From Vicugna vicugna (lineage: Eukaryota), in assembly GCA_013265495.1 (NCBI GenBank), contig MU058244.1, forward strand, positions 250,001-314,000: a stretch of DNA of 64,000 nt, in the 5' to 3' direction. The notes under the pieces are model-generated. The model saw only the letters and a list, made by a program, of their open reading frames with translations. It searched no databases and had not been told where the DNA came from. The translations under genes and the position numbers were made by a program. This document shows, one piece after another, positions 38,013 to 51,005 of the stretch (positions are counted from its first letter, which is position 1; the number at the start of each line of letters is the position of its first letter).

Positions 38013-40804
38013 AAAAATAGGTTTGAATTGACATTGAAAGTATAGTTTAAGACAAAGACAAAGGTGAAAAACAAAGTAGGAAGGTAATAATTTATACACA
38101 TACTCCCCTTACATACAATAATTTCCTAGAAATACTGATTATTGTATAAATTGAAAAGTGGGCAAAAGACTTGAGGAGACAAACACAAAAAAGATAGTAA
38201 ACGTGGAAACATGTTTAGGGCCAGTATTATCAAGTAAGGCACATTTAGGTGAGAAGTGCTCCCTGTTTTAAGAGATCGTGCGCCATGTTGGAAGTGAGGC
38301 ATTTTCACACTCTTGGTGGAGGTGGAAGCGGGTCAGAAGTCAGAGCCACGGGTGAGGGGCGCCCTCACCAGCTCTGTGCACGAGGGGCCCCGGCAGCAGC
38401 TGTCCCAAGGGATTGGCCTAAATTCCATTCTCACTGGAAGAAACCAGCACTTGTGGCCCAAGGGCTCATTTCAGGGCTGGTTCGGGGAGAGGTGAGCGTG
38501 GATCTGACCATGCAGGACGGGAAGGAGGGTTGGGATGTGTCACGCACCACAGAAGCCAGCCTGAAGGGGGCCCTGCCAGCCAAACTGAGGGCAGTCTGAG
38601 CTTCAAAATAATTAGGTGGTAGCCAATCGAATGCATTAACTGATACAAAGAAATACACAATAAGCTCAGAGTGTGCTGAAAAATAGAATTAGACTTAAAG
38701 ACGCTTCTCTCAGAACGCTGCAGGGGAACAGGTGGAGAAGACTGGCAGACCCCGGCCCGTCAGCGAGGAGAAGGAACACCAGCTGAAACGGCACACTGGC
38801 ACCTGCTGGGCGTGATGGGGACACAGCGCCCCCCGTAACGTTCCTGCTGAGGGCACATCTGAGCAAGTTGCAGGGAAACACACCTGGCCGCCCGCGTGAG
38901 GTGTGCCTGGTCGTGGGAGTCCAGACACAGCTGAGGGCTGGTCTGACCCTGGGCGGGGCCAGGGAAGCCAGCAGGGACCGGCACATGGCCCTGCGCTGGG
39001 GCCTTTTGTGGGACTGCACGGTCTGTGGACAGAGCAACAGCTCAATGTCCTGGTTTGCAGGAAAACACAGGGGTTGTAGAGCCTTCCAGTCAGCAACGTG
39101 CTTTCCGAGCAGACTCAGGAAAACACAGCTGCACTGTGCTTGCACCTTCTCAGAGGGTCTGAGATCCTCACACACACTCGCAGCCTTCGAAGGAAGCACA
39201 CGGACCCTTCGGCCCAGCACTTCTACTTGGGAATCCATGCCAGCACAGTAATGAGCGACCGCGCCCCAGCTGTGTGCAGAAGGAAGTTTAGTTTCTTGTA
39301 AAACATCAGAAACAGCACAATGCCCACCGGCCAGGAGGTGCGTCCTGATACAGTCACATGGTGAAGTGTCACTTTGTGTTTGAGTCAGTGTTCAGCAGTG
39401 GAATACATCTGAAGTGTAGTGTTTATGGAGGTAAGTTTATAGAATGGTGTGACAGCAAAAATATTACAACTCACAAAATGCACAGGAAAACCTGAAAGTC
39501 AGGGAGGTTTAGGAAAAGCAGCCAGTTTTGTAGGAAAGTAAGTCACGCAGGGATGGGGCACGGGGAGGAGGAGGAGTGGCAGCAAATTCAGGAAAGAAGG
39601 AAGCAAGAAAGGGCCTCCAGCCCTTTAACCCCTTCCCAGTGTCACCGTCCTGTGCCGTGTCTCCCCTCAGGAGGCCTGCAGTGCTGGCCTGGGTGACGTG
39701 CCTGTGTGGCCTCACATTTCTGCAGGAGGACTGGCCGGTGTTCACACTCCCAGGGACTCAGAGAGAGCCCACTGGGGTTGGCAGCCCTCCTGGACAAGGG
39801 GTCGTCCCGGTGGACACCAGCCCAGGTGGAGAGGCAGGGGTAGCAGGGGCGGCAGGGACAGTGGGGGCTTCAGGCTCTGGCCAGCAGTGTGAACACAGAA
39901 GCAAGATCTGCCCAGATGACAAGTGTGAGGCCTTGTCCCTCATGCGCTGGCCGTGGGGTGTCCCGTCACCCCCTGGCCTGCAGAAGGTGCTTCTCATCGG
40001 TGTTACCTAACCTTTGGTCTTCCTCATGTTGCCCGAGGTGAAGGGGCTTTGTCAGAGCGGTGCCTCCTGGGGTATCTTGGCCCCAGGAGGCCCCGAGCAT
40101 CTCGGGCACAGTGGCTCTGTCCCCGCGTCCATCTCTGTCTGGCTCAGCATTGCAGCCCAAGCCCCATCCATCCACAGGCATTTTCACGCTGACCTTGATC
40201 TCGGGCTCTTGTGACTCCTGTGACCCCCAGCTGCAGGGCTTGGGTTTGGGAAATCACCCAGTGACTCACGGAGCCACGAGGGCACTTCCCTCAGCTCGTC
40301 CTGAGCCGGCCGGGGCATTGTCTTCCTTTTTCCACTTGGAGGGAGCAGCTGGGAGAGGGGCCTCCCAGTGTGATGGGCGAGGGGTTTGGGATGAGGCCAT
40401 CCACCAGCCCTGAGCTGCCCACCTGATCCTCACACGGGAGCCGAGGATGCAGGCTCAGGGGCAGCTGTGCCCACTCCCTCTCCCCTTCAGACCGCTCCCT
40501 GCTGCGGACCTCTGCTGACATGTGTTATTGCGACGGGTCAGGAAATCTCTGAGTAACACAGTGACCCTGGGAAAGTGAAAACGGGATGATTTTGATGTTC
40601 TGTGTGTGTCAGTCTGTGCTGAAGACTCCCCCATGCCAGGGCTGGCCCAGGGGGTGGGCAAGGCCATAACGTCTTCACTTTACAGGAGAGTGAACTGAGG
40701 CCACTCGCTCAGCCTCCCAGAGCTTCCCCACACCTGGGTGCTCACTAATTCTTTCCTTTTTACATGTTCATTGTATTTATTTGTTTGCTCACCCCTTTGT
40801 CCAT

Positions 40805-40960
40805 TTATTTTTAAACAGCCTTACTGAGTTGTGGTTCACTCACCACACAACGCACCCATTTAAAGGGACAGCTCAGTGGTCTTGGTTTCTTGATGGACAC
40901 ATCCATCACCACGGAGAAACCTGTTACCTTCAGCTCCCAAGCCCGCCCACCCCGAGGTAG
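40805..40960 (-). mobile_element. Ancient L1 (L1MB-type) 3' end relic
   Basis: 'ttttaaacagccttactgagttgtggttcac...cacccatttaaagggacagctcagtgg'. Confidence 0.55.
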
Positions 40961-42599
40961 GTGTGACAACAAAGGTTGGTGTAGCTGGTGACGTCTATTG
41001 AAGGCCACCTCTGCCGTGGCCCCTGACCTGCTGGTCACTCCCGCCTTGGTTGTGGCTCTGGGCTGTGTGTCCAGTCCTGCCCAGCTCCTGTTAGAGACCG
41101 GCCGCTTTGAGGCAGGAGTATGGGGCTGGGGCCTCCTCCAAGCAGCCCAGACCTGCTTTGTCTTAGAATCTCCCTGGAATTACTGAAACATGAACATGAA
41201 ATAGGAAACAAACGGACATGCTTCACCTTGGCCGTTGGAAAACCACTGGGCCTAAATCCCTGAGGTCGTAGCACAGTTTGCCCTCAAGTCTCCCGTGGTG
41301 AGTGTGGATTGGACCCAGCAGGGGACCCCATCCGTGGTCCCCACCCCAAGTTAGAGTAGTTCACAGGGCCCCATGTGAGTCAGCACCGGTGTGTTAGCCA
41401 GTGAAGGAGCGATTCCTCCTGAGCACCTCTGTTCCACGGCCTGATGTGGCCTGAGACCCGGGTCACTGCCTCTGTGCAGGGTCTGCTCCAGCCACAGGCC
41501 ACCTCCTCCCTGGTGGACCCCATGGCAGGGGTCACCACCAGCTGCTGCTCTGCCCATACCCCTGCCCACGCAACACTGCTGCCTCCTCCTGGGAAACCCG
41601 CCCTGTGCAGACTGAGGGGCCCGGTGCAGGACACGGGGCCTGAGGGCTGACCCCTCCCCTCATCCAGGAGCTGGCTGGAGAGAGGATTTGTGCTAGCGGT
41701 GGCCCCTGGGCTGTGCAGAGGCCCCCTCTCCTCACTCGCCCACCCCTCCCCAGCACAGGGACCCTCTCCCCTCCTCACAGCCCTGGACAGCTGCAAACTG
41801 GGCAAACCTACCTCAGGGATCTCCACACGGATCACGTTACCTGAGAACAGATGACACTTCTGTTAGCCTCCAGGAAGGAGAGCGGGGAGGAGCCAGGCTG
41901 TCCACGCCTGCATTACCTGGTGGTCTAATCCAGAACCATGTGGCTTTCTCCCTGGACACAGCGTCTCTTTCTGAGTTGGAGCCTGGTGCCTCCCTCGAGG
42001 GGAGGGGTGGCCCGGCTCATGGCCAGCGCCTGGGGGCTGGGGAAGATTCCTATGAGCCGTAGACCACGGTGCTGGGGGCCTGGGAGCTCAGAACGTGCCC
42101 TAGAAATCACTCTTGGGGGCGCTTCTGAGGTTCTGGCCCACAGAGGTGGGTGGGGGTCCCACTGGCCCACTAGGGTCACAGAGCTCTCAGGGAGGTCTCG
42201 GGGGTGGCCCTCATCCAAGCTGTTGGCTCAGGGGTCGGGGTGCTTGTTCAGTCCAAGCCTGGTGCTTCTGGGGTGCAGGGAAGATGGGGGGGAGGAAAAC
42301 ACTTCCTGGGTCTTTATTAGACGCCTTGCCAACCAGGCTCCCCGCTCTGGGGACACAGTGGGGCCCAGCAGGCGTGGCCCTGCCCTTCTTGGGCCCACAG
42401 TGCGCTTGGGCAGGCCTCGAGCTCTCTGGGAAGACCACTGACCTGCGAATGAGACCATCTGGGGTGCAGTTCAAGCTGCCACACATCAGCCCCGGGCCCT
42501 GGGCCCTGAGCACGTCCTTTGACCTTTGGGGACACAGCCCAGGCTGTGCCCAGGGGGGCCTGGCCAGAGGACCCCCCCAGTTAGGGTCTCATGTCCAAC

Positions 42600-43405
42600 C
42601 CAGACAAAACCTGCTGGTCTCAATGTTACCATGGGAACAGGTCCAGGACAGAGGTCAGCGCCTCCTCCCCGGCAACATGGAGATCGCAAAGGCAGGCATT
42701 TCCGCCCCCATGGGCCGGTGTGCCGGGGGGCAGAGGGCACAGGAGCACAGCTCTGCCACTTGTCACCAGAGGGACAGGGGCCCGTGCTCCCATGACTGCT
42801 CACAGGGGAGGCTTTGGCGGGGAGAGTGTCGGACATGGACATGGTAGAAGTCAGGGGTGCAAAGTGATTGCACATAAATAACCTGGAAACAGCTGCCTAG
42901 AATGTTCTCTACACTGGACACTGTGCTTTGAGGTCATTATTCAGGATTTTATAGGCCATTTCTTGGCCGAGCCCCAGGCTGGCTTCTGGCTTTGCAGAAA
43001 GGCGACGTCGTGTTTTACAGGTGGCAGATGACTTTTATCACACCTCTGCATCATCGCTGTGGTGACAGGGCCGTGGTGCTGCCCCGGGACGTGAGCAGGG
43101 GCCCCAGACGTCACCCGACAAATGTGTTTCTCCAGCTTCCCTGCTGGTTGAGCGCCCATGCTCCCCCGGCCCCCACACCTGGGCACAGGCTGTCCAGGCC
43201 AGTCTCACAGGATGGACATCAACCCGACAAATGTGTTTCTCCAACTTCCCTCCTGGTTGAGCGCCCATGCTCCCCCGGCCCCCACACCTGGGCACAGGCT
43301 GACCAGGCCAGTCTCACAGGATGGGCGTCTGCTCCAGGCCCCACAGAGGCCTCGTCCTCCCTCTGCCCCCTCTGCTCCTGCAGGAACTTGCTTGGCCAAA
43401 CCCCG
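42600..43405 (+). repeat. Dispersed direct duplication, copy B, with an internal 109-bp tandem duplication
   Basis: Matches 7544-8240; units 43113-43221 and 43222-43330. Confidence 0.97.
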
Positions 43406-44388
43406 ACTTCCTTTTGGCTCTTCTTTTTCCTCAGGCGCTCAGTCCGGCCTGGCATTTGGGATCAAGGCCGTATGTTTGCTCTGTTGTCCGTGGGCACCTG
43501 TGGGCTCGTACCAGTTGTTCAGGTCATCCTCAGCCCTGCTCCCTTTGCAGCAGTGTAATTTTTAATAACCAGATTTATTCCTCGGTCTGGAAGAAATCAC
43601 TGCATTCGACCAGAACAGACATGATTTATGTTTTGAAAATCAGTTATGCTCTGCTCAGAAAATGAAGATGGGCACAGACACCAAGGGGCATCCAGGCTGA
43701 AGCCCAGGGACGAGGGGCTGGTCTGGGGCCAGCAGGGTCACTTTCGAGCAGGTCATAAGGTGATGAGTCAAGGCCGCAGCCCAGAAACTAGTCAGACGTC
43801 TGCTGCTGCAGGACCTGGGGTCCTGGAGAGGAGCAGGGGTGGGGTGGGAACGCAGCCGGGGCTTCAGGGCTGCGTCTCTGGGACCGAGAGTTGGGGCCCT
43901 GGGCACTCTTGGGCCTGGCTGCTTCCCTAAGTGAGGGACACCCTTCCTCCCTGCACGGGAGTCCTTGGATTCCCCACCGTCCTTGGTCCTGGACCCTCAC
44001 CTACTGCCTCGTACACGGCCTGTGTTAGCTGGACCTGCTTCGTGCTGAGCTGGACAGAGGGGACCAGACCTTGATCACGCGGGTTTCCTTGGATCCCGGG
44101 GGATTCCAGGCAAATTTTGGGGTCAGCACTTGAATACTCCTCTCTGGCCAAACTGAGTTCCTGATGGTCCCCAGACTCCACGTTCTCCATCTGTCAAGAC
44201 AAAGTGTACCTTCCTGCGGGGCTGTGCCACTAAGCCGTTCACACCAGTTCTTCAGCCAGAAGAAACTGTCTCCTCCCAACCCCAGAGCACAGCCTCTCCA
44301 TCCCTTGACAGTCAGAGCTACGTTCGTGATGGTGGTCATTTTGGGCCAGGTGGTCCCTTCCTGTGTCCTGTGGGTCCCTGGGGCCTGG

Positions 44389-44393
44389 CGTGT

Positions 44394-44425
<32 letters not shown>

Positions 44426-44444
44426 ACGTGTGTACGTGTACGTG
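44389..44444. repeat. (TG)n microsatellite
   Basis: Directly visible. Confidence 0.92.
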
Positions 44445-45859
44445 CCCATCTGGGTGTGTGGCCAGCCAATATCCATGTGAACCTTGGACCTCGTGAGAAC
44501 CCCTGTCACCCAGGTGTCATGGAACCTCACGATTGCATTATGTAGCTGGATACGTGGGCTCAGGGACCTCACTGTGGGGCGGGGTGGGGTGGGGGTTGCA
44601 GCGAGGAAGGGATGGGGAGAGGGCTTAACCCATGTCTGTCTGACACCATGGCCCAGATGTGTCACCACGACTCTCTGCTGCTCCCATATGCACTGGCCCC
44701 TCAGCCTGATGCCCGGGACCCAGAGAATGAATGACTGGGTTCCTGCCTCAAGGAACTTAGTGTTCTTGGAAGAGACTGACACAGACCAGGAGGGCACTGA
44801 GTGAAGGTGGTGGGGCTAGAGGATCCTCTGAGCGTGATGGGGAAGGGAGCCTGGGGAGCCCGTTAGGAGGTGACACATGGTTCATCAAGGGCACGGGCAG
44901 GGCCAGAGTGTGGCTGTGGAGATGGAGAGGGTGGACAAGTCCGGGAGTTACTGGGGGAGACTCTTCAGATGATGGTGGGGGAGGGGAGGGGCAGAAAAGG
45001 AGGTCTGCTTTTCTTTTGAAGGGTTGGAAGGAAGCAAGGGAGATGGCTGGTAGACAGAGCACGTGGGGACAGGAATCTGAAAAAGGGCTTGTTTGCTGGA
45101 CGTCCTCTGTCCCTCCCTCCTCTCTGTGCTGTCCAGCCCCAGCCGTCGTCCTGCAGACCCGTGGCTCCTTAGGGCTCCCACTTGCCTGCCCTGCAGCTGT
45201 GCCCTCTGTTCAGACGGTATCTGTCTCTCAAGTCCCTTGCAGTGAAGCCATCGTGACCTTTGAAACAGATGAACGTACACTTTTTCCAAGTGTGACTCAA
45301 AGGATGTGAGGTTTGTGCACAAGGCAGTTCTAAAAGTGGATGGGTAATTGCTGGTTCTGCTTCCTGTAATGATTTTGTAAGATCATGTCCACTCCCTCCC
45401 CCACAGAAAACAACTGGAAAATCTGCACAAAAGCAAAAAGGAGCCGCTTGAAGGCATCAGGGATTGATTAGCAGGCAGATTTGGGGGGGCTGTATGAAGA
45501 GTGTTCTGTGGCTTCCCATCTGGGGCCCAGGCACGGGGGGCAGAGTACTTTGGGGGAAACCTGGAGGACGAGAACATGAAAGTCGGGGAGCAGCCGCCAC
45601 TGAAGAGAGTGGGGGACCCGAAAGGGGAGAAATGTCCAGGGAACCTTCAGACCGGCCACCGCCTTTCTGGCCAGCTGCACCACACACGCACCAAGCCTTC
45701 TCAGAGCAGCCCGGCTGAGGACAGAAGATCTGCTCTGGGGCTGGAGCTGCGGCTGGAACCAGAGCCTGCAGTTGGAGCCCAGCTGTGGTGGCCGCCTGCT
45801 GAACCAGAAGAGACTCCAGTCAGTGCAGATCTGCTTTATGTGCCACGAGTGGTTCTAAT

Positions 45860-47370
45860 CAGTGATCACACCAAGGCACTCTGTTGGTGCATTGTCAAGT
45901 TTTTGAGGAACCTCCGCTCTGCTTTTCATAAAAGCTTTTCATAAAAACCAGTTTGCTTTCCCACCAGCAGTGCGCCAGGGCTCCCTTTCCTCTGCGTCCT
46001 CACCAGAACTTGTTGCTGGTTGTCTTTTTAATAACAGCCATTCTGACAGGTGTTGTTACTGAAACAGAGGTCCAGCTGCTCTCTGCTTGAGGCCAATAGT
46101 TGAGAAGCAAGTGTTGGTAGGAAAGGAAAGATTGCTTTATTCAGGAGGCCGCAACCTGGGGAGAAGGCACACTTGTGTCCAAAGGGCAACTACCCCTGTG
46201 GATCAGGAGGAAGGAACTTTTAAAGGGGTGTCTCAGGGGTGCATGGGTGGAGGGAGGGGTCTGTAGGTAGAACAGCTCTGACAGTCATCTTGAAATTGGT
46301 CATGTGGTGGCCTGGTTAGCTTTATCCTGATTGTTTTAAGCGCAGTTAATCTTCAGTTCCAGGGTCGGTGTGTTCCCATTTCTTTGAGGCCAGTTCTCAG
46401 AATTGTGGCCGCTCCTATTAGAGCTACCGTCTGGTCATCATGTAGTTATCTTCTTCCCCCTGGCGGAGGTTCCAGTCTCTGCAAAACAGCTCAGAGGACA
46501 AGGCTCAGAATATTTTCTATGGCCCTTGAGGAAGAACTAGAAGTCCTTGACTTTGTTTAATGACTAAACTATAATTATTTTGTTTTGCTTGACTGTTTCC
46601 CTGTTTCTGTATTTTCTTATTTCACTGATGAAACTTGTTCTTTGACTGAAGTTCCCCTACAGGCGAGAGGCAGGTGGAAGACATGGGGTGGGGGTCTGTC
46701 CTGGGAAGGCCAAGGGTCCTGCTCCATTCTGGTGTGAGGTGGTGTCTCCCTGTGGTTTGGATTTGCACTTTCCTGATGATGAGTGACACTGAGCACCTGT
46801 CCAGGTGTCATCTCATCAGATGTACAGTTCGCAAGTATTTCCTCCTATTCTGTAGGTTGTCCTTCACTCTGTGGATGGTTCCCTTTGCTATGCAAAACCT
46901 TTTGGGTTTGAATGAATCTCATCTATTTTTTGCTTTTGTTGCCTGTGCTTTGGGGGTCATATCCAAAAACAAACAAAAACCCAAAATCATTGTCCAGACC
47001 AATCTCAAGAAGCTTTCTCCCTGTATTTTCTTCTAATTATTTTATGGCTTCAGGCCTTTAACTCTTTAATTCATTTTGAGTTGCTCTTTATGTGCGGAGT
47101 GAGATGAGGGTCCTGTTCCCTCTCCTGCGTGTGGAAATCAGCTTTCCCAGCACTGCTTGTTGAAGACACTGCCCTTTCCCCACTGTGCGCTCTCGGCACC
47201 TTGGTCGAGGATTGGTTTGCCAAAATTAGCTGGAGTTACTTCTGAGCTATTTTGCACAGTTGGTCTATGTGTCTGTTTTTGTGCCAACACCATGCTGTTC
47301 TGATCACTGTAACTCTGTAGTGTGTTCTGAGATCAGGTGGTATGATTCCCCCACCTTTGTTCTTCTGTTC
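45860..47370 (-). mobile_element. Old L1 ORF2 3' region fragment, split by an LTR
   Basis: 'cccaccagcagtg...agccattctgacaggtgt' resumes after the LTR as 'gtgtgaggtggtgtctccctgtggtttggatttgc', colinear with the young L1 from ~54455 onward. Confidence 0.85.
46054..46730 (-). mobile_element. ERV1-class solo LTR, family Y-related, nested in L1
   Basis: Begins TGTTACTGAA (reverse complement of the 34214 end); shares 'cttgactgtttcc.tgtttctg' with 33601-34214; TSD GTGT (46050-46053, 46732-46735). Confidence 0.85.
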
Positions 47371-47566
47371 AGGTCTGCTGAACGGCCTGGGCTAGAAGCT
47401 CTTACACTGCCACCCTACTTCATAGCTATTTTAAGTGATAGCAAACTAAAAATTTCAGTTAAAAAGCAGATATTTTCAGGATGGATACAAAAACAAGACT
47501 GCAACGTACGCTATCTTAAAAAATTGCACTTCAAACATAAAGACACAGATAGTTTGAAAGAAAATA

Positions 47567-48203
47567 GCTTTCGGCTTTTGGCTTTTGGCTTGGAGGAGGT
47601 CAAGGTGCAACTTTCTTTAGTCGTCCCGAATCCAAGTTCAGCCAACACCAGCCACCTCCACCATGCCGCCCAAGTGTGATCCCAACGAGATCAGAGTCGT
47701 ATCCCTGAGGCGCACCGGTGGGGAAATCGGTGCCACATGTGCCTTGGCCCCCAAGATTGGTCCCCTGGGTCTGTCTCCAAAAAAGGGTTGGTGATGACAT
47801 GGTCAAGGCAAATGGCGATTCCAAGGGTCTGAGGATTACAGTGAAACTGACTACTGAGAACAGACAGGCCCAGACTGAGGTGGTAACTTCTGCCCCCGCC
47901 CTGATCGTGAAAGCCGTCAAGGACCCACCAAGAGACAGAAAGAAGCAGAAAGACATGAAGCACAGTGGAAACGTCACTTTTGATGAACTTGTCAACCTTG
48001 CCCGACAGATGCGGCCTTGATCTTTAGCTAGAGAACCCCCCCGGAACCATTAAAGGGGCCCCGGGGATGGCCCAGTCTGCGGGCTGTGCTGCTGGTGGCC
48101 GCCACCCTCACGACACCCTGGAGGACATCAGCAGAGGTGCGGTGGGTGCCCAGCGGGTTGAGACCTACCAAGAAAAGTGGTTTAACAAAGGGTTATTTGA
48201 CAA
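47567..48203 (+). pseudogene. RPL12: Processed pseudogene of 60S ribosomal protein L12 (uL11)
   Basis: Pyrimidine-rich 5' UTR; ATG 47663 [40 protein letters not shown]; +1 frameshift near 47785; [10 protein letters not shown]...[21 protein letters not shown]; premature TGA 48018-48020; further frameshifts; intronless; followed by an A-derived tail. Confidence 0.96.
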
Positions 48204-48286
48204 CAAGAAAGAAGAAAGAAAGAAAGAAGAAAGAAAAAGAAAGAAAGAAGGAAGGAAAGAAAGGAAAGAAAGAAAGAAAAAGAAAA
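48204..48286 (+). repeat. (GAAA)n-type repeat derived from the pseudogene poly(A) tail
   Basis: Directly visible, immediately after the RPL12 3' UTR. Confidence 0.9.
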
Positions 48287-48439
48287 GTTTAAACTGCAAT
48301 TAGTGGACAGGGAGAAGTAGAACTGCTTCCGGTGTAGAACCACATGTGAGGAGAAACCTGAAGACATGCGTGAGCAGTTAGCACAGGTGCTGGGGCCACT
48401 GCATCCCCACCCACAGGAGGACGAGGCTGGGTGGGTCCT

Positions 48440-48725
48440 GGCTTCACCCGCATACAGAATTAATTCAAAGTGGATCACAGTCCTACATGTAAGAATCAAA
48501 ATTACAGAACTGGCAGAAGAAAACATAAGAATAAATCTTCATGACCTTGGATTGGCAATGATTTCCCAGATATGACACCAAAGCACAGACAACAAAAGAC
48601 GAAGTAGATAAGTTGGACTTCCTCAAAATGGAAAACTTCCGTGCTTAAAGGGAGAAAGGAGGAAGTTAATCCACAATCGAACATGACAGAAGATGTTTGC
48701 AAATCATGTCTCTGATAAAGGTCTG
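48440..48725 (+). mobile_element. Ancient L1 ORF2 fragment
   Basis: 'gaagaaaacataagaataaatcttcatgaccttggattggcaatgatttc...gataagttggacttcctcaaaat' (EENIRINLHDLG); a plus-strand endonuclease-region relic also lies at ~47430-47560. Confidence 0.75.
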
Positions 48726-50695
48726 GAGCCCACCAGCCAGCCAAGCCCCTGCTGCCCTGCAGGGTGCGTGTGGCCAGCTCCCTCCCAGGTGATGAGGAGG
48801 CTTCAGCCCCTCCTCCCCGAGCGGTGGACACCAGTCACCATCAGCATGTCAAGGAGTGAGTGCTGGTTTTTTCTGAGCCCAGAGTCCTTCCTGTCACCAC
48901 CCACAAAGGTTGATGGCTTCAGGGTGCCTCCTACGAATGCAGTGTTTGCAAGTCTTTGAGAATCAAGAGAACGGTGTTCACTTTTCTGAAAAGTGCGTCT
49001 TATTATTTCATGGCAGCGACTGTTTCCAAACTGGCACCATGTGGTGCACTCCTACTCTTCTTTAAAGTGGCCACAGGGGGTTGGCTGTCCCCTATCCCAC
49101 ACCCTGTGACGAGGCCAGTGGTGTCAGTTCCTTGTGGTCCTCACCTTCACTGGGGATTACTCAAGGCTCAGCCTGTGACTCTCTGATGGACCCCTGGGCC
49201 TGCAGAGGCGCTGGGGGCGGGGGCTGGGGAACAGGCCAGGTGGACACCACACCTTCTCCTTCCTGGGGCCTGGAACCTGGCTCCTGCCCTCTTATAGGAG
49301 GGGTTTTTGGGGTGAAGACTAAGGTTAAGTGCCCCAGAACTGAAGTACTGTCTGGGGAGATGGAATCTGCCTCCAAAGGGGAAGAGTGCAGCCTGTGGGC
49401 CAATGTCCACGTCCCTCCGTGCCAAGGCCCCTGTGGTCTGCACTCTGACTCCCTACCCTCGCCCACTCCCCTTGGCACAGAAACTCACGGGGAAGGGATC
49501 TAGCCAGGCCTGGAGCAGAACGTCCTCAGCTGTCAGCCCCAACTCGGCCCGTCACACGGACAGACGTGTGTGCACAGGCACGCAGGCGTGCACACACACA
49601 CACACATCTCTCCAGCTTGGGGCCCACAGCCTCACTTCCTTTTCTGTGAAGGAAACAGAAACCCCCTGCCCCGCCAGTGTGGTGTCCCTGGCAATTAGCT
49701 GATTGTGAAAACTGCACACTGTTCGCCAGAAGAAAGGGCTTCTCAAATTCATTCTCCAGATTCGAGTGGGTTCCTGTCAATGCCGACTGAATTCATCCTG
49801 GAGAATTTCTCGTCACTTCAGACACATGGGCCCCACCAGGGAGGACGCGCATCCAGGCTGGGAGCCCCTTCGTCCTCCCAGGAGGATGTTCTTGGATCCA
49901 ATGGCCCCTTTATCCTGTGAAATTTTCCTTCCTGCAAAAACAGAGCCCTCACCAGTGTGGGAACTGGTTTTCTTCCCAACGTGCACAAAATCAGGTACAG
50001 ATGCATCAAGGAGTTAAATACGAGAGCTTCCTCACAAACTGCCTGGAAAGTATAGGTGAGCCTTGGAGCAGGGATCTCTTAAATGCATTGTTGAAGCTCC
50101 AACTGTGAAATGAGAGGCAGGTACATACGAGGACATTAAACACTTGTTAATCGAATCTCCTCAAATAAAGTGGGAGAGAAGTTAGAAATGAGAAGGTGTT
50201 TGCCAAGGACACGACCAACAAAGGGTTAGCATCAGGAAATGTAAAAAAATTCTGAAAATCAACAGGAACAGGAAACATACCCGGGCAGAAACCCAGGCAG
50301 GAGACCTGCAAGTGGTTTCCCACGAGGAGAACGTTGTGAGGCGATGGCTGTGACCTGCAGCTGGGATGCGGACAGGACCACAGAGGAAGCCCGTCTGATG
50401 CCCTCTCCCCCAGCCTCATGGGCCCTCTCCCGTGGTCCAGGCTCTGGTCCAAGGGGAACGGACCCCGCCCCGAGCCGTCTACTGCCCTTCCCAGGAGATG
50501 GTCCTGCTGGGCATGGGTTGGGGGATGAGTCAGGGCTATGGGTCTGAGCTGTGGCCACCTGTGCTCCCTCCTGTGGGTGGCGGGGCCGGAGGAAGTGGCT
50601 CTGGGCAGAAGTCCCCTGGGGCTCATCAGGTCGCTGACCTCCCCATGGTCCTGACAGAAGGCCCAACAGAGAAGGGCTGTGGCTTCTGAGTGAGC

Positions 50696-51005
50696 AGACA
50701 TAGACACACAGACAGACACAGAGACATGGACAGACATATAGACACAGAGACACACTCAGATACACAGACACAGAGACAGACAGATAGACAGAGACATAGG
50801 CACAGAGACACAGACACAGAGACAGACACAGACATACACAGACACACACACAGACAGAGTTAGACACAGAGACATAGACAGACATGCTAACATAGAGACA
50901 CACAGACACACACACAGACACACACACTCAGATATACACCCACAGACCCACAGACACACACGAACACACAGAGACACGCAGACATGTGTGCACACGCACA
51001 CACAC
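50696..51005. repeat. Compound (CAGA/CACA)n simple repeat, ~310 bp
   Basis: Directly visible. Confidence 0.93.
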
